A stretch of 64,000 nt of DNA from the NCBI GenBank assembly GCA_951406725.2, contig OX597837.1:37386001-37450000 (forward strand). Reading direction: 5' to 3'. The translations under genes and the position numbers were made by a program. The notes below the pieces were generated by a model. The model saw only the letters and a list, made by a program, of their open reading frames with translations, searched no databases and was not told the origin of the DNA. This DNA is from Octopus vulgaris (taxonomy: Eukaryota). This document shows, one piece after another, positions 26,831 through 38,703 of the stretch. Each line of letters starts with the position of its first letter. Within the stretch, counting starts at the first letter, position 1.

Positions 26831-28537
26831 CGTACATATATGTGCGCATATAGCATAAGACCATATATATATATATCTATATATATATAAAAGTGAAGTT
26901 GTGTGAGTGTCTGTCCTAACTACTCCCACATTTTGCGGTGCAGTTTATTTTATTTTATTACAAATGCAAAACATCACAGATGAATCGACATAAGCTTAAA
27001 TAATAAACTGCGATATGGCAAAGGACTACTATATATATATAGCTAAATTCTTTGGCTGCTATTTCTAAAAGTTCGGTATGTGGTAAAGCAAATTTTTTTG
27101 CTGAACCCTAATTATATAAAGTAATATATATATATATGCGTGTGTGTGTGTGTGTATATAGGCACATAGAAGCTTGTTTCCCAACCACATGGTTTCAGGT
27201 TCAGTCCCATCTCATGGCACCTTGGGTACGTAACTTCTACAACATCCTTGGGCCAACCAAAGCCATGTTGAACGGATTTGGTAGATAGAAACCAGTGGCG
27301 TATGGTGGTTGTGTTTCCACACCCAATGCCACTAAATTTCAAGCAGGAGTATAACAAAAGATTTTCCTTAAGATTAATGAGTAATGATTAATTAGATTAA
27401 TGAGTAAGGTTAATGTTTGTGATGAACTAGCTGGACCTGTGAATATTTCATGTAATTAATGGTAAACATATTGGGTTATTTCTGAAAACTTTATCCTAAA
27501 AGCCTGATAGCATAATCTCTATGCATTGGTTGATACAGAGCAGTGGTTGTGAAATGGGGTCCATGTGGCCCCTTGGTCCTAAAATATCTGAGGGCGGTGA
27601 GTCTGGTGCAGCCTTCCAGCAAGCCAACCCGGTCAAACCATCCAGCCCATGGAATGTTTCTTTACTACCCACAAGGGGCTAAACATAGAGGGGACAGACA
27701 GACGGATTAAGTCGATTACATCGGCCCCAGTGCGTAACTGGTACTTAATTTATCGACCCCGAAAGGATGAAAGGCAAAGTCGACCTCAGCGGAATTTGAA
27801 CTCAGAACGTAGCGATGGGCGAAATACCGCGAAGCACTTCGCCCGGCGTGTTAACCTCTCTGCCAGCTCGCCGCCTTCCAACCCATGGAAGCGTGGACTG
27901 GACAACGGATGTTAAGTGATGATGATGTACATAGGCAGATGGGTGAGGAAATAAGGGATTGGGGGATGTGGTGATTGGCTGTACTTGATAAGACACATCA
28001 AGCTAAGTAAAATCACTGTCTTCCACACATACGGGCGTGTCCTTTCAGGTGCCGGTGCCACTTAAAAGGCACCTGTGCCGGTGCTGCGTTAACACACCCA
28101 TGCTGGTGGCACATAAAGAGCACCCAGAACACTCTGTAAAGTGGTTGGGATTAGGAAGGGTATCCAGCTGTAGAAACCATGCCACAACAGACAGCTCCCT
28201 GGCTGGCCAGCTCCACGTCAAACTGTCCAACCCATGCTAGCAAGGAAAGAGAACATTAAACAATGATGATACAGATAGATGGGTTTGTGAGGCAGGTTGA
28301 TACATAGGTACGTGTATAGGTACATAAGTAGATTGCAGATATGTAAGTAGATATAGATGAGTAGGTAGGTAGGTAGTAGGTACATAAGACAGTAGATAGA
28401 CACAGATAATAGGTACATAAATAGTAGGTACATATGTAGGTAGTAGGTATACAGGTTACTTTGTGTATAGGCATAGAGAATCAACAGCCAAGTTGAAGCG
28501 AAAAAAAAAATGCTTTGAGATTTAATTGTATATAATA

Positions 28538-28933
28538 CTAGCAGTATCGCCCGGCGTTGCTCGGGTTTGTTTTGACCCTTTAGAATTGGAATTTTTGAAA
28601 AGTAAAAATTTTGCGTTATGTAGCTTGTTATTCTCTTTAAGTGAACATTTTACTGGTTGAAATACACCGAAAAATGGCAACACAGCAGTCAAAAAATCGT
28701 AAAAAAATAGGGATTTTCATAGAAAAAAAAAGCACCGTTTTGATGTAAATAATTTTTGGTGTTAGCATGGTCCGATTTGAATTTTTTCTTCTACGGAACG
28801 AAGAGCAAGCCTTCTTCTACCATACTCTCAATTTCGGTCAACTTGCGCCACAGGGTCTCGGGAGGAGATAGTGTTAGTTGAAGGCTACCAAACCTGCCAT
28901 ACACAGACAACTTCAGCTTTATATATATAGAGA
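28538..28933 (-). mobile_element. Non-autonomous Helitron, ~396 bp
   Basis: On the minus strand it starts a|TCTCTATATATATAAAG and ends with hairpin CCCGAGCAACGCCGGG, 8 nt, then CTAG|t. No TSD. A related 5' end is at 26875-26945. Confidence 0.8.
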
Positions 28934-28962
28934 TTATTACAAAATGAAAACGAAAGTGTGTT

Positions 28963-29200
28963 TTAACCCTTTCAGCCTGGAATTTTTTCTCAAAATCGGT
29001 AATAGTGCAGGGTTTGTAATCATGTGAGCCGTTTGAGCTGTCATTGTAGTGTCATACACTCCAATAATACGTCTGGCGCTACATACTTACCATACTTGGA
29101 GCGGTACTACACTGCATTACATAGAATGGCAATTTTTAAGATTTGGATTGTAAAATTTTTGACTGGTACAAATATGTACCAGCGAGGTCAAATGGGTTAA
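28963..29200. mobile_element. TTAA-flanked MITE, family 3
   Basis: ttaaCCCTTT...AATGGGttaa termini, body unrelated to families 1 and 2. Confidence 0.55.
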
Positions 29201-30122
29201 ATAGCTTTCATGATTAATCCCCAATGTAGTGTAACCATTTCGGGTTTTTTACACGCAATTTCAGTATGTGTTATTTGCCAGAAAAAAAAAAAATAACAAA
29301 GAGAGGAAAATTAAGAGACAAAAGATATGTACAAAATGAAACTATATTTAATAAAAAAAAATAAAATATATTATATATACGTGTGTGTGTGTGTGTCAGT
29401 CACTTTTTTTTTTTTTTTTTTTTTTTTAAACAAAAGAAATCTGTGTGTCTGCAATTAGTAAATGCCATCATGAGATCTCGTATCGTTAGCAAGTCTAGCT
29501 TTGGACAAACAAACCTGAGTGCAGATGTTACAAAGATTTTCAGGCGGAAAAGTCTCTGGGATTGAAGTCCATCCTTGTTTACCAAAATGTTCGTTTCAAC
29601 ACAGAGCATTCAATTATTTACATAATATTTCGTTTCTTTGCGTGTGTGTTATATATATGATATATCTATCTATATATAAACAGAAATAAAATCATACTGT
29701 TTCGGTCATTGTTTATAGTTTTTAAGAGATTTTGTTTATCTCTTGATTTTGATTCTTACCTTCACATTTTAAAGGCTGGCAGGAGTGGAGGTGGGCCAGT
29801 GGGGACTATAGAGCAAAGGGTCAAGAGAGTCCACAGGCACGGCCACCCGAGAGCCCTATCATCATGTCAAAATAGCTGCAGGGAGAAAAGGCCTTTTTCT
29901 CTTACAAAAAGAAAAAAGAAATATATATATATTTTTTTTTTTTGCATCTCCTATGTAACAACAAATTATGGTCCGCGTTTCAACAGCAGCAGAAGTAATT
30001 ATCGGTGGCAGTGGTCGTGGCTGGATTGGATGGGTGGAATAGGGGTGGGGTGTTGGGGAGCAGAGATTCAGCAGGTTGTTTCTGTGGTTTATTTAATCCT
30101 CAATTCTACACTTAATTTATTG

Positions 30123-30158
30123 TCAGCAGTTTTTCAATTCCTCAAGACGCGGTAAAAT
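30123..30158 (-). CDS. IRAK4: IRAK4-like kinase, terminal coding exon ILPRLEELKNC*
   Basis: Acceptor tattcttttcag, phase 0, TGA at 30125-30123. AATAAA follows at 30121-30116 and 30093-30088 on the minus strand. Confidence 0.8.
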   Translation of the reverse strand: MLPRLEELKNC

Positions 30159-30723
30159 CTGAAAAGAATAAAATAAAACTTAGAATTAAAAAAAAGCCTT
30201 GTGAGTGGATCTGCTAGACAGAAACTGAAAGAAGTCCATCATATATATATATATGTATATAACATAAATAATATATAAATAAATAATAGGCACAGGAGTG
30301 GCTGTGTGGTAAGTAGCTTGTTTACCAACCACATGGTTCCAGGTTCAGTCCCACTGCGTGGCATCTTGGGCTAGTTCCTTCTAGCCTCAGGCCGACCAAA
30401 GCCTTGTGAATGGATTTGGTAGACGGAAACTGAAAGAAGCCTGTCGTATATATGTATATACATATATATATGCATGTGTGTGTGTCTGTGTTTGTCCCCC
30501 TAGCATTGCTTGACAACCGATGCTGGTGTGTTTATGTCCCCGTCACTTAGCGGTTCGGCAAAAGAGACCGATAGAATAAGTACTGGGCTTACAAAAGAAT
30601 AAGTCTTGGGGTCGAGTTGCTCGATTAAAGGCGGTGCTCCAGCATGGCCGCAGTCAAATGAGTGAAACAAGTAAAAGAGTAAAAGAGATATGAATATATA
30701 CATACATATATGTACATACCTAC

Positions 30724-31087
30724 ATCTATATTTATATATATACATGCATATATGGGTACAGGACACCAAAAAAACCTTGAACACTGTCCTGTTTTTTGTT
30801 ACCATTTTTACCCCCTCTGCAAAAAATCCCAAATTTTATTTAATTTGCTTCGCGGGAAGGACTGTTTCAATGAAGTCGCGTCTTGTCCTTACCTTCGAAA
30901 CTTGGAGTAGACGAAACAGGGACACCTGAAGAAGGGGAATATTCCTTGTGTTGTATGTCTTGTTCCTCTGTTTTTGCGTTGTTTGAAAAAAAAGTCCGTT
31001 TCTATGTTTTTGTTTTCGTTTCTCGTTGTGTTCAACGTTTTTTGGGGTGTCCTGTACCCATATATGCATGTATATATACATATAGAT
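30724..31087. repeat. Inverted repeat, ~60-bp arms around a ~240-bp core
   Basis: catgcatatatgggtacaggacacc...ttgaacac pairs with gtgttcaa...ggtgtcctgtacccatatatgcatg. Confidence 0.8.
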
Positions 31088-31309
31088 TTTAGTTGCCAAT
31101 TTTGTACAAGACATTGTAGATCTTTAGCTGGGCTAAAAAGTCACATTCGATCACAGCACCAGTAACAGTTAAGCTTTGTGCAATGGCCATACTCGATAAC
31201 GAGGGGGCAGCCATAAGATGTAGGTATGTTCATATATGTATGTATATATGCATATATTTATATATTATGTTATTATATGATCGAACACCATGCATCCATT
31301 TCCAAGTAA

Positions 31310-31359
<50 letters not shown>

Positions 31360-31881
31360 ACACCACCTTTTATCAATTCAAAATATATACAATTTTATTA
31401 TTATTTTGCAATTTACTTAATCATCAGTATATTATTGTTATTTTATTTTTAATATTTCTATTATATGTAATTTTCTAGATGGTGTAATTTAATTGTTCAT
31501 TTTGAATTGATAAAAATAATAATAATCTTTTCTATCGTGTCGCCTTACTGGCACTTGTACTGGTGGCACCTGAAAGAACATTTGAGCGAGGTCGTTGCCA
31601 GTGCCGCTGGACTGGCTCCTGTGGTTTCAATTCCTGGTGCAGGTGATGTGTTGTGTACTTGAGCAAAGCACTTCATTTCATGTTGCTCCAGTTCACTCAG
31701 CTGGCAAAATTGAGTAATTCTATGAGAGACTGGCATCCTTTCCAGGGAGGAGCATTTATACACCAGGAAACCAGCCCTATGCTCTTTACAGAGTAATGTG
31801 GACTAAACAAGAGAGAGAGAGAAACAGAGATAGATCGATAGATGTGTGTGAAAGAGATTAAATTTTATTGAATGACATTAC

Positions 31882-32037
31882 CTCTCCAACAGTGACTCGT
31901 TTTTTCTTTCTTTCCCGTAGGCATTCCATTGCTATGTGGTAAATATTGGACACCAAGTCAGGTGACCATTGGCCAGCTTCCTTGTCAACACACTTATTGA
32001 AATCTTCCTCTTCAAAGTTCTCTAAAATATGAGATTT
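31882..32037 (-). CDS. IRAK4: IRAK4-like kinase, C-lobe exon (156 nt)
   Basis: Acceptor tttttttccag, donor GAG|GTAATG. KSHILENFEEEDFNKCVDKEAGQWSPDLVSNIYHIAMECLRERKKKRVTVGE includes the subdomain XI CL.....R. Confidence 0.9.
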
Positions 32038-32910
32038 CTGGAAAAAAATGTTGAAGACAAACAGAAAGTCAATATGGAAGGTTCTGGTGAGAGAGAATAA
32101 ATTTCAGATGAAGGATTATTGTAAGAGAAGTGGATTAAGGTAAGAGGAATGGATTAGGGATTGTTGTTTATCTCCAGGAGATTTGGATGTTGTGGAGTAG
32201 TAAAGAAGCTTGCATCCCAACCACATGGTTCTGGGTTCAGTCCCACTATGTGGCACCTTGAGCAAGTGTCTTCTTTTATGGTTCCAGGCTGACCAAAGCC
32301 TTGCGAGTGGATGTGGTAGATGGAAACTGAACGAAGCCTATCATGTGTGTGTGTGTGCCTGTATGACAGCAACAATTTTACAACGATGTCAAGATATGCA
32401 GACAAAAAAGACACACACACACACACAGAGTTGAAGTAAGGAGAACAGCTTAACCCTTTTGCTATCTTATTTCTGTTGAGATACACCTACCCTTCTTTCA
32501 ATAAATTTTGAAAATACTGAATTCAGTAAAGTAATTTTGTCATTATTAATTTGATGTTTGGAACACAAGCAACATGAAATGTTGAGGGAAGATTTTAATT
32601 TACAGCATTCTAACCCCTGTGTTACCATACACTGTCTTTGTTTAATTTAATTTAACTTTGATAATAATGAAGAATTTAGTAAAATAAGTCTGTCATTATT
32701 ATGCTGGTGTTTGAAACACGAATTAGCATAAAACTTTTAGGTGCAGGAGTGGCTGTGTGGTAAGTAGCTTGCTTACGAACCTCATGGTTCCAGGTTCAGT
32801 CCCACTGCGTGGCACCTTGAGCAAGTGTCTTCTACTATAGCCTTGGGCCGACCAACACCTTGCGAGTGGATTTGGTAGACGGAAACTGAAATAAGCCCGT
32901 CGTATATACG

Positions 32911-32949
<39 letters not shown>

Positions 32950-33163
32950 ATATGTTTGTCCCCCCATCATCACTTGACAACCGATGCTGGTGTGTTTACA
33001 TCCCCGTAAATTAGTGTTTCAGCAAAGAGACCGATAGAATAAGTACTAGGCTTACAAAGAATAAGTCCTGGGGGCCAAATTGCTCGACTAAAGGCGGTGC
33101 TCCAGCATGGCCACAGTCAAATGACTGAAACAAGTAAAAGAGTAAAGAGTATAGAAAGGCAAC

Positions 33164-33362
33164 AACAATTGCATTGTGGAAGGTGTTTATAAGACATTTA
33201 AGAAACACACAAAATCCGTTAGATTCACTTCAATATATAAATCTAATTTGCCAAAATATTTTCGAAAATATTTTGGCACATTAAATTTCAATGCTGAAGT
33301 GAATCTATCGGTTTGTGTGTGTTTTTAAATGGCTTATAAACACCTTCCACACTGCAATTGTT
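33164..33362. repeat. ~200-bp spacerless palindrome (fold-back)
   Basis: Perfect 30-bp centre tgccaaaatattttc|gaaaatattttggca; arms extend about 100 bp with mismatches. Confidence 0.88.
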
Positions 33363-34064
33363 TTTGTTTTAGCACACGATCTCAGATCAGGTCACTTGTT
33401 ATGCAAGTACATCTCCGTAATTTTATAGGTTTTCATTTAAATCACTTTAAACCTTAAGTTTTCATATTTCTGTTGCGATAAAGTTTCAATGGTTGGCATT
33501 AGGAAGGGCATCCAGCTGTATAAACCATGCCAAATCAGACTGGAGTCTGGCGCAGCCCTTCATCTTACCAGCCCTGGTCAAACTGTCCAACCCATACCAG
33601 CATGGACAAATGGATGCTAAATGATGATGATGATGGCATGAAACAGGTAAAACAGATCAATACTACTTAGTAGTCTCCTACCACCCCCTATTCTTAAGAC
33701 AAAGAATTTAGCAAGATAATCTTGTCCTTGTTAAAGTGATGTTTGAAACAAATTTGTATGAAATTTTGATGGGTGGGGTGTGTGTCTTTATTTAGATCCT
33801 TTTAAAACAGGGAATTCACATCATAAAACTAGGGGCAGACTCAGGCAGCTTGGTATCTCTTTTACTTGTTTCAGTCATTTGACTGCGGCCATGCTGGAGC
33901 ACCACCTTTAATCGAGCAACTCGACCCCGGGACTTATTCTTTTGTAAGCCCAGTACTTATTCTATCGGTCTCTTTTGCCAAACCGCTAAGTGACGGGGAC
34001 GTAAACACACCAGCATTGGTTGTCAAGCAATGCTAGAGGAACAAACACAAACATATACACACAC

Positions 34065-34108
<44 letters not shown>

Positions 34109-34479
34109 GACAGGCTTCTTTCAGTTTCCATCTACCAAATCCACTCACAAGGCATTGGTCGGCCCGAGGCTATAGCAGAAGACACTTGGCCAAGATGCCA
34201 CACAGTGGGACTGAACCCGGAACCATGTGGTTGGTTAGCAAGCTACTTACCACACAGCCACTCCTGCGCTATCAAAAAGTTTAAGGTGCAATAGAATGGA
34301 TGTTCGGATTCAAGGAAAGGGATTAGCCTTAACAGAACAACTACTGGATGTTCTGGGAGTGTGGGTCTACTGCAAACCAGCAACAACCTATCAAATGGAA
34401 ATGGTGGGATTGGAGAAGGTTTCTCTGTCAGTCATAGGGACTGGGGTCTCAAGAAATGTAAATGAATTAGATTAATTAC

Positions 34480-34542
34480 CAAATCTCGATCTTCCCGGTT
34501 CATGTCAAATGCAGGTAAGCTGGTCAATAATTCTAGAAGAAT
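34480..34542 (-). CDS. IRAK4: IRAK4-like kinase, 63-nt exon ILLELLTSLPAFDMNREDRDL
   Basis: Acceptor tttgtag, donor TTG|GTAATT, phase 0 to 0. Resembles IRAK4 VLLEIITGLPAVDEHRE. Confidence 0.9.
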
Positions 34543-35879
34543 CTACAAATAAAATAATAGAAAAATATTTTAAAAAGAAAGAAAATAAATAATGATTCCA
34601 CACATTCTAAAAAAAACAGAAAAGACCATTATTATTATTATTATGGTGGCATGTTAACAATTCTGCCAGTTCACTGCCTTAATAATAATAATCATTATTT
34701 TTACAATAATATCATTATTGTTATTAAGGCAGCAAGCTGGGCGAAATGTTTGCCTTTCATCCTTTTGGGGTCAATGAATTAAGTACCAGTGAAATACCGG
34801 GGTTGATGTAATTGACTTGTCTCCTCTCCCAAAATTGATTCATTTTATCTGACACTTTCACAATTCTATCAATTCACTGCCATAATAATGATGATGATAA
34901 TAATAATAATCCTTTCTACTATAGGCACAAGGCCTGAAATTTTATGGAGCAAGCTTAACTTAAAAGAAATTCATTTTATTAACCCAGGAAAGTGAATGTC
35001 AATTTTAACTAGGAACATAAAAAAAAAAACAAAGAAACGTGACTGCAAGATTATTTTCGCAGGTACAGGCTCTACCATTTCTTTCTCTTGATAGAATCAA
35101 CATCTGAGAACTACTTTCATTCAATTTTTTTCATTTTTCCATCAGAAATAAGAGAAAGGAAGTAAATTAAGACCCAGAGGTAAAAACCACCAACAGACAT
35201 GACTAAAGGGAGGTAATTCCGAATTAAAACATTTTATAATTTAGAATCACTTATAAAAATTTTCAGTGGATTCTATGAACTATGGAAGAAAACGCTTCAC
35301 AGGGATCTTTTTTAGTTGATTTCCTTTAGATTATGAGTTCGAATCCCAACTGTGCCTTTTATCTGTTCAGGGTCAATAAAAAATATATTTAGCTGCTATT
35401 ATAATAGACACAGACGAGGCTGTGTGAATAATAGGTTTGCTTGCCAATCAAATGGTTTTGAGTTCAGTCTCACTACGCGGTACATGGATGGCCGAGTGTT
35501 TTCTACTGTAGCCCTGAAACGAATTGTTAGATGGAAACTGAAGGAAACCCATCAGATAAGTATGTGGTTGAATTTATCTCTTGTTTTGTTGATAGTTGTA
35601 AATGTTTGTCATTATAGAAGCAGTGTCATTCACTGGGCAAGATGAAATGTTAGCTTGCTTGGGAACAAGTGAAGGTTGGCAACAGAAAGGACATCTGGCG
35701 AAAGAAAAATCTGCCTCAATAAATTCCACCTGACCGATGCAAATCAAGGAAAAGTGGACATTAAAACAATGATGATGATGATATACAGACTAAGTCGACT
35801 AGGGGCACATGTATTAGTTCTTAGATATTTGAATGCTGTTCATGAAATTGCAGGTTATGGAAGAATTATGCACAATGAA

Positions 35880-36110
35880 AGCAGTGAGCTGGCAAAACTG
35901 TTAACATGCCGGGCAAAATGTGCAGCAGTATTTCATCTGTCTTTACATTCTGAGTTCAAATTCCATCGAGGTTGACTTTGCCTTTCATCCTTTCGGTGTC
36001 AATGAATTAAGTACCAGTGAAACACTGGGGGCGATATAATCAACCAGTCCCCTCCTCCACAAATTTCAGGCCTCGTGCCTAGAGTAGAAAGGATTATTAT
36101 TATTATTATT
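35880..36110 (+). mobile_element. SINE family B copy
   Basis: gcagtgagctggc...ttctgagttcaaattcc (B-box-like)...gtagaaaggattattatt tail. Confidence 0.8.
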
Positions 36111-36799
36111 GCAGTTATGCAGTGTATCTAAGGTGAGAAAGCCCGGCAAAGCCCATCCCTCTCCAGGCTGAATTCCTTTCTACAGCTGAGTGGACTGGAC
36201 CAACATGAAGTGAAGAGTTTTGCTCAAGAACACATCGCCCAGTCCAGGAATTGAAACCACAATCTGACATACACATACATAGGAGCAATGTGAAGTGAAG
36301 TGTTTTGTTCAAAAATACAACACATTACCCCGTCCAGGAACTTAAATCATCTCATGATCTTACACACACACACAATGGGTTTCTTTCAGTTTCCTTCTTT
36401 CAAATCTGCTCATAAGGCTTTGGTCAGTCAGGGACTTATAGAACAAAATAAGTGACAGCCTTGGGCACCCGTGCAGGTGGCACATAAAAAACACCCACTA
36501 CATTCATGGAGTGGTTGGCATTAGGAAAGGCATCCAGCTGTAGAAACACTGCCGGATCAAACTGGAGCCTGGTGCAGCCTTCTGGCTTCCCAGACCCCAC
36601 TTGAACCGTCCAACCCGTGCTAGCATGGAAAACGGACGTTAAATGATGATGAATTGCCAGTAGGATTGAACTCAGAGCCATGTGACTGGAAAACAAACAA
36701 CTTAACCACACAGCCATGCCTGATCTTAAGGATGAGTTCTTGGAAAGTTCCCAAGTTCCATCGAGATCAATGAAGAAACGAGACGAGGTCAGTACTTAC

Positions 36800-36989
36800 C
36801 ACACCAAAACCAAAAGAATCTAATTTCGCAGAAATGTCGTGCAAACGAGCTTCTGGCGCTTGATAAGCTGACGTTCCCATAACAACAGCCGTTAATACTG
36901 CTGTCGTGCTGTTTCCCATGGGGCCGGGCCGAGCTGTAGCAAAATCCCCGACTTTAGGGATAAAGTCTTTATCGAGAAGGACATTTGCA
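36800..36989 (-). CDS. IRAK4: IRAK4-like kinase, activation-segment exon (190 nt)
   Basis: ANVLLDKDFIPKVGDFATARPGPMGNSTTAVLTAVVMGTSAYQAPEARLHDISAKLDSFGFGV. Acceptor catttcag, donor GTG|GTAAGT. Confidence 0.93.
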
Positions 36990-37154
36990 CTGAAATGAGA
37001 AAAACACAATAAAATAAAATAAAATAAAATCAAAAACACATAAAACAAAATAAAAATCTTTTTTTTTTTTTTTTAATTTACGAAGATTTACAAATTTAAT
37101 ATCATGAAATGCAGTAGATGCTTAAATAATAATAATAATAATAATAATAATGAT

Positions 37155-38025
37155 GATTTCAAATTTTGGCACAAGGCCAGGAAATTTAGAGGAGGGGGTT
37201 AAGTCAATAACATCAAACCTGGTGCTCAACCCCCCAGGCAAATCGACTTTGGAGGAATTTGAACTCAGAACGTAATGACATGAAATGCCACTAAGCATTT
37301 TGCCTTGTGTGCTAACAATTCTGCCAGTTCACCCCCTTAATAATAATAACCCTTTCTATTATAGGCACAAGGCCTGAAGTTTTAGGGGAGGGGTCTAGTC
37401 AATTACACCAACCCCAGATTTTCACTGGTACTTAATTTATCAACCTCCAAAAGGTTAAAAGGCAAAATTGACCTCGGTGGAATTTGAACTCAGAACGTAG
37501 CGACAGGTGAAATACCGCTAATCGTTTCGCTTGGCATACTAGCAATTCTGCCAGCTCACCGTCTTAATAATAATAATAATTATTATTACTTCTACTCTGG
37601 GTCCGAGGCTTTGAAAATTTAGGGGGAAGGGGGCCAGTTGATTACATCAACCCCAGTGCGTAACTGGTACTTATTTCATTCACCCTGAAAGGATGAAAGG
37701 TAAAGTCAACCTCAGCGGAAGTTGAAGTCAGAAGGTAGCAGCAGACGGAATACCACTAAGCATTTCAGCTGGTGTGCTAACGATTCTGCCAGCTCATTAA
37801 TAATAATAGTCCTTTCTACTATAGGCACAAGGCCTGAAATTATGAGGGTGGAGTTAAGTCGATTAGATTGACCCAGTACGCAACTGGTACTTAATTTATC
37901 GACCTTGGAAGTATGAAAGGCAAAGTCGACCTCGGCAGAATTTGAACTCAGAATGTAGTCAGATGAAATACAGCGAAGTAATTCACCCGGCGTGCTAACG
38001 ATTCTGCCAACTCCACCTTAACAAT
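37155..38025 (-). mobile_element. Four head-to-tail SINE family B copies (core gcctttcatcctttcggggtcgataaattaagtacc, Nin/Deu-like) separated by (AAT)n
   Basis: Copies at about 37155, 37350, 37588 and 37810. Family members also near 9795, 16433, 17035, 17535, 23700, 27655, 35880, 43177, 54316, 60045, 62308 and 62967. Confidence 0.82.
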
Positions 38026-38330
38026 AATAATATGTCATTTTAAAGTCCCTTTTTCCAAGCTGGCATAAGTCAGATTTTCTATGGGGGGGGGGTGCTCTTT
38101 GGCAAAAGAGATTAATTCAATGAGTACCAGGCTTAAAATAAGAACTGGAGTCGATTCGATTGACGTAACCCTATAAGGTGGTGCTCCAGCATGGCCTCAT
38201 TTCAATGACTGAAACAAATAAGAGAATGATCTCTACAACCTGGAACTGAACTCGAGCACCTTTGATTATCACACACACACACACCTATATACACCGCACA
38301 TTAATTAAATGAAAAATAACGAAGACAAAC

Positions 38331-38440
38331 CTTTTAATGTCTCTGTGGACGACTTTGTTACTGTTAAGATAATTTATACCATGTGCCGTTCCTTTGGCTA
38401 TCACAAGGCGCCGGTCAACACTAAGGGGTTTGGTCTGATC
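38331..38440 (-). CDS. IRAK4: IRAK4-like kinase, catalytic-loop exon (110 nt; not in the ORF track)
   Basis: Acceptor ctctctacag, donor AG|GTTTGT. DQTKPLSVDRRLVIAKGTAHGINYLNSNKVVHRDIK(S). HRD marks an RD kinase, so IRAK4-type rather than non-RD IRAK1/Pelle (HGD). Confidence 0.93.
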
Positions 38441-38477
38441 CTGTAGAGAGACAACAAGTAGTGGTGAAAAACAGATT

Positions 38478-38703
38478 TAACCCTTTAGTGTTCAGATTAC
38501 TCTGTTAAATGTTATACTTATTCACTCAAATTGTTTTGAATTAATCATGCATTATCTTATAGCTTTGAGGTTTCAATGATGTAATTGTTTATTTTTAGAA
38601 TGACATTGTAGGGTAGGTGTGAGAGGCTAGATATTGCCAGTTTGAATATAAAACATAGAATATTTGAGCTGGATATGGCCAGTTTAAACTCTAAAGGGTT
38701 AAT
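38478..38703. mobile_element. TTAA-flanked MITE, family 2 (ttaaccctttagtgttcaga...taaagggttaa)
   Basis: Terminal inverted repeats and TTAA. Related copies at 43970-44195, 3905-4115 (inverted), 60539-61070 and ~15595-15780. Confidence 0.8.

Noticed and set aside
13200-30000. An ISY1-like gene upstream of Rab43, as in the human ISY1-RAB43 locus
   Set aside because: No recognisable coding exons were found between IRAK4 and Rab43.
30890-30945. Hammerhead-like motifs CGAAAC and CTGAAGA
   Set aside because: Stems I-III could not be built convincingly by eye; a covariance-model search would be needed.
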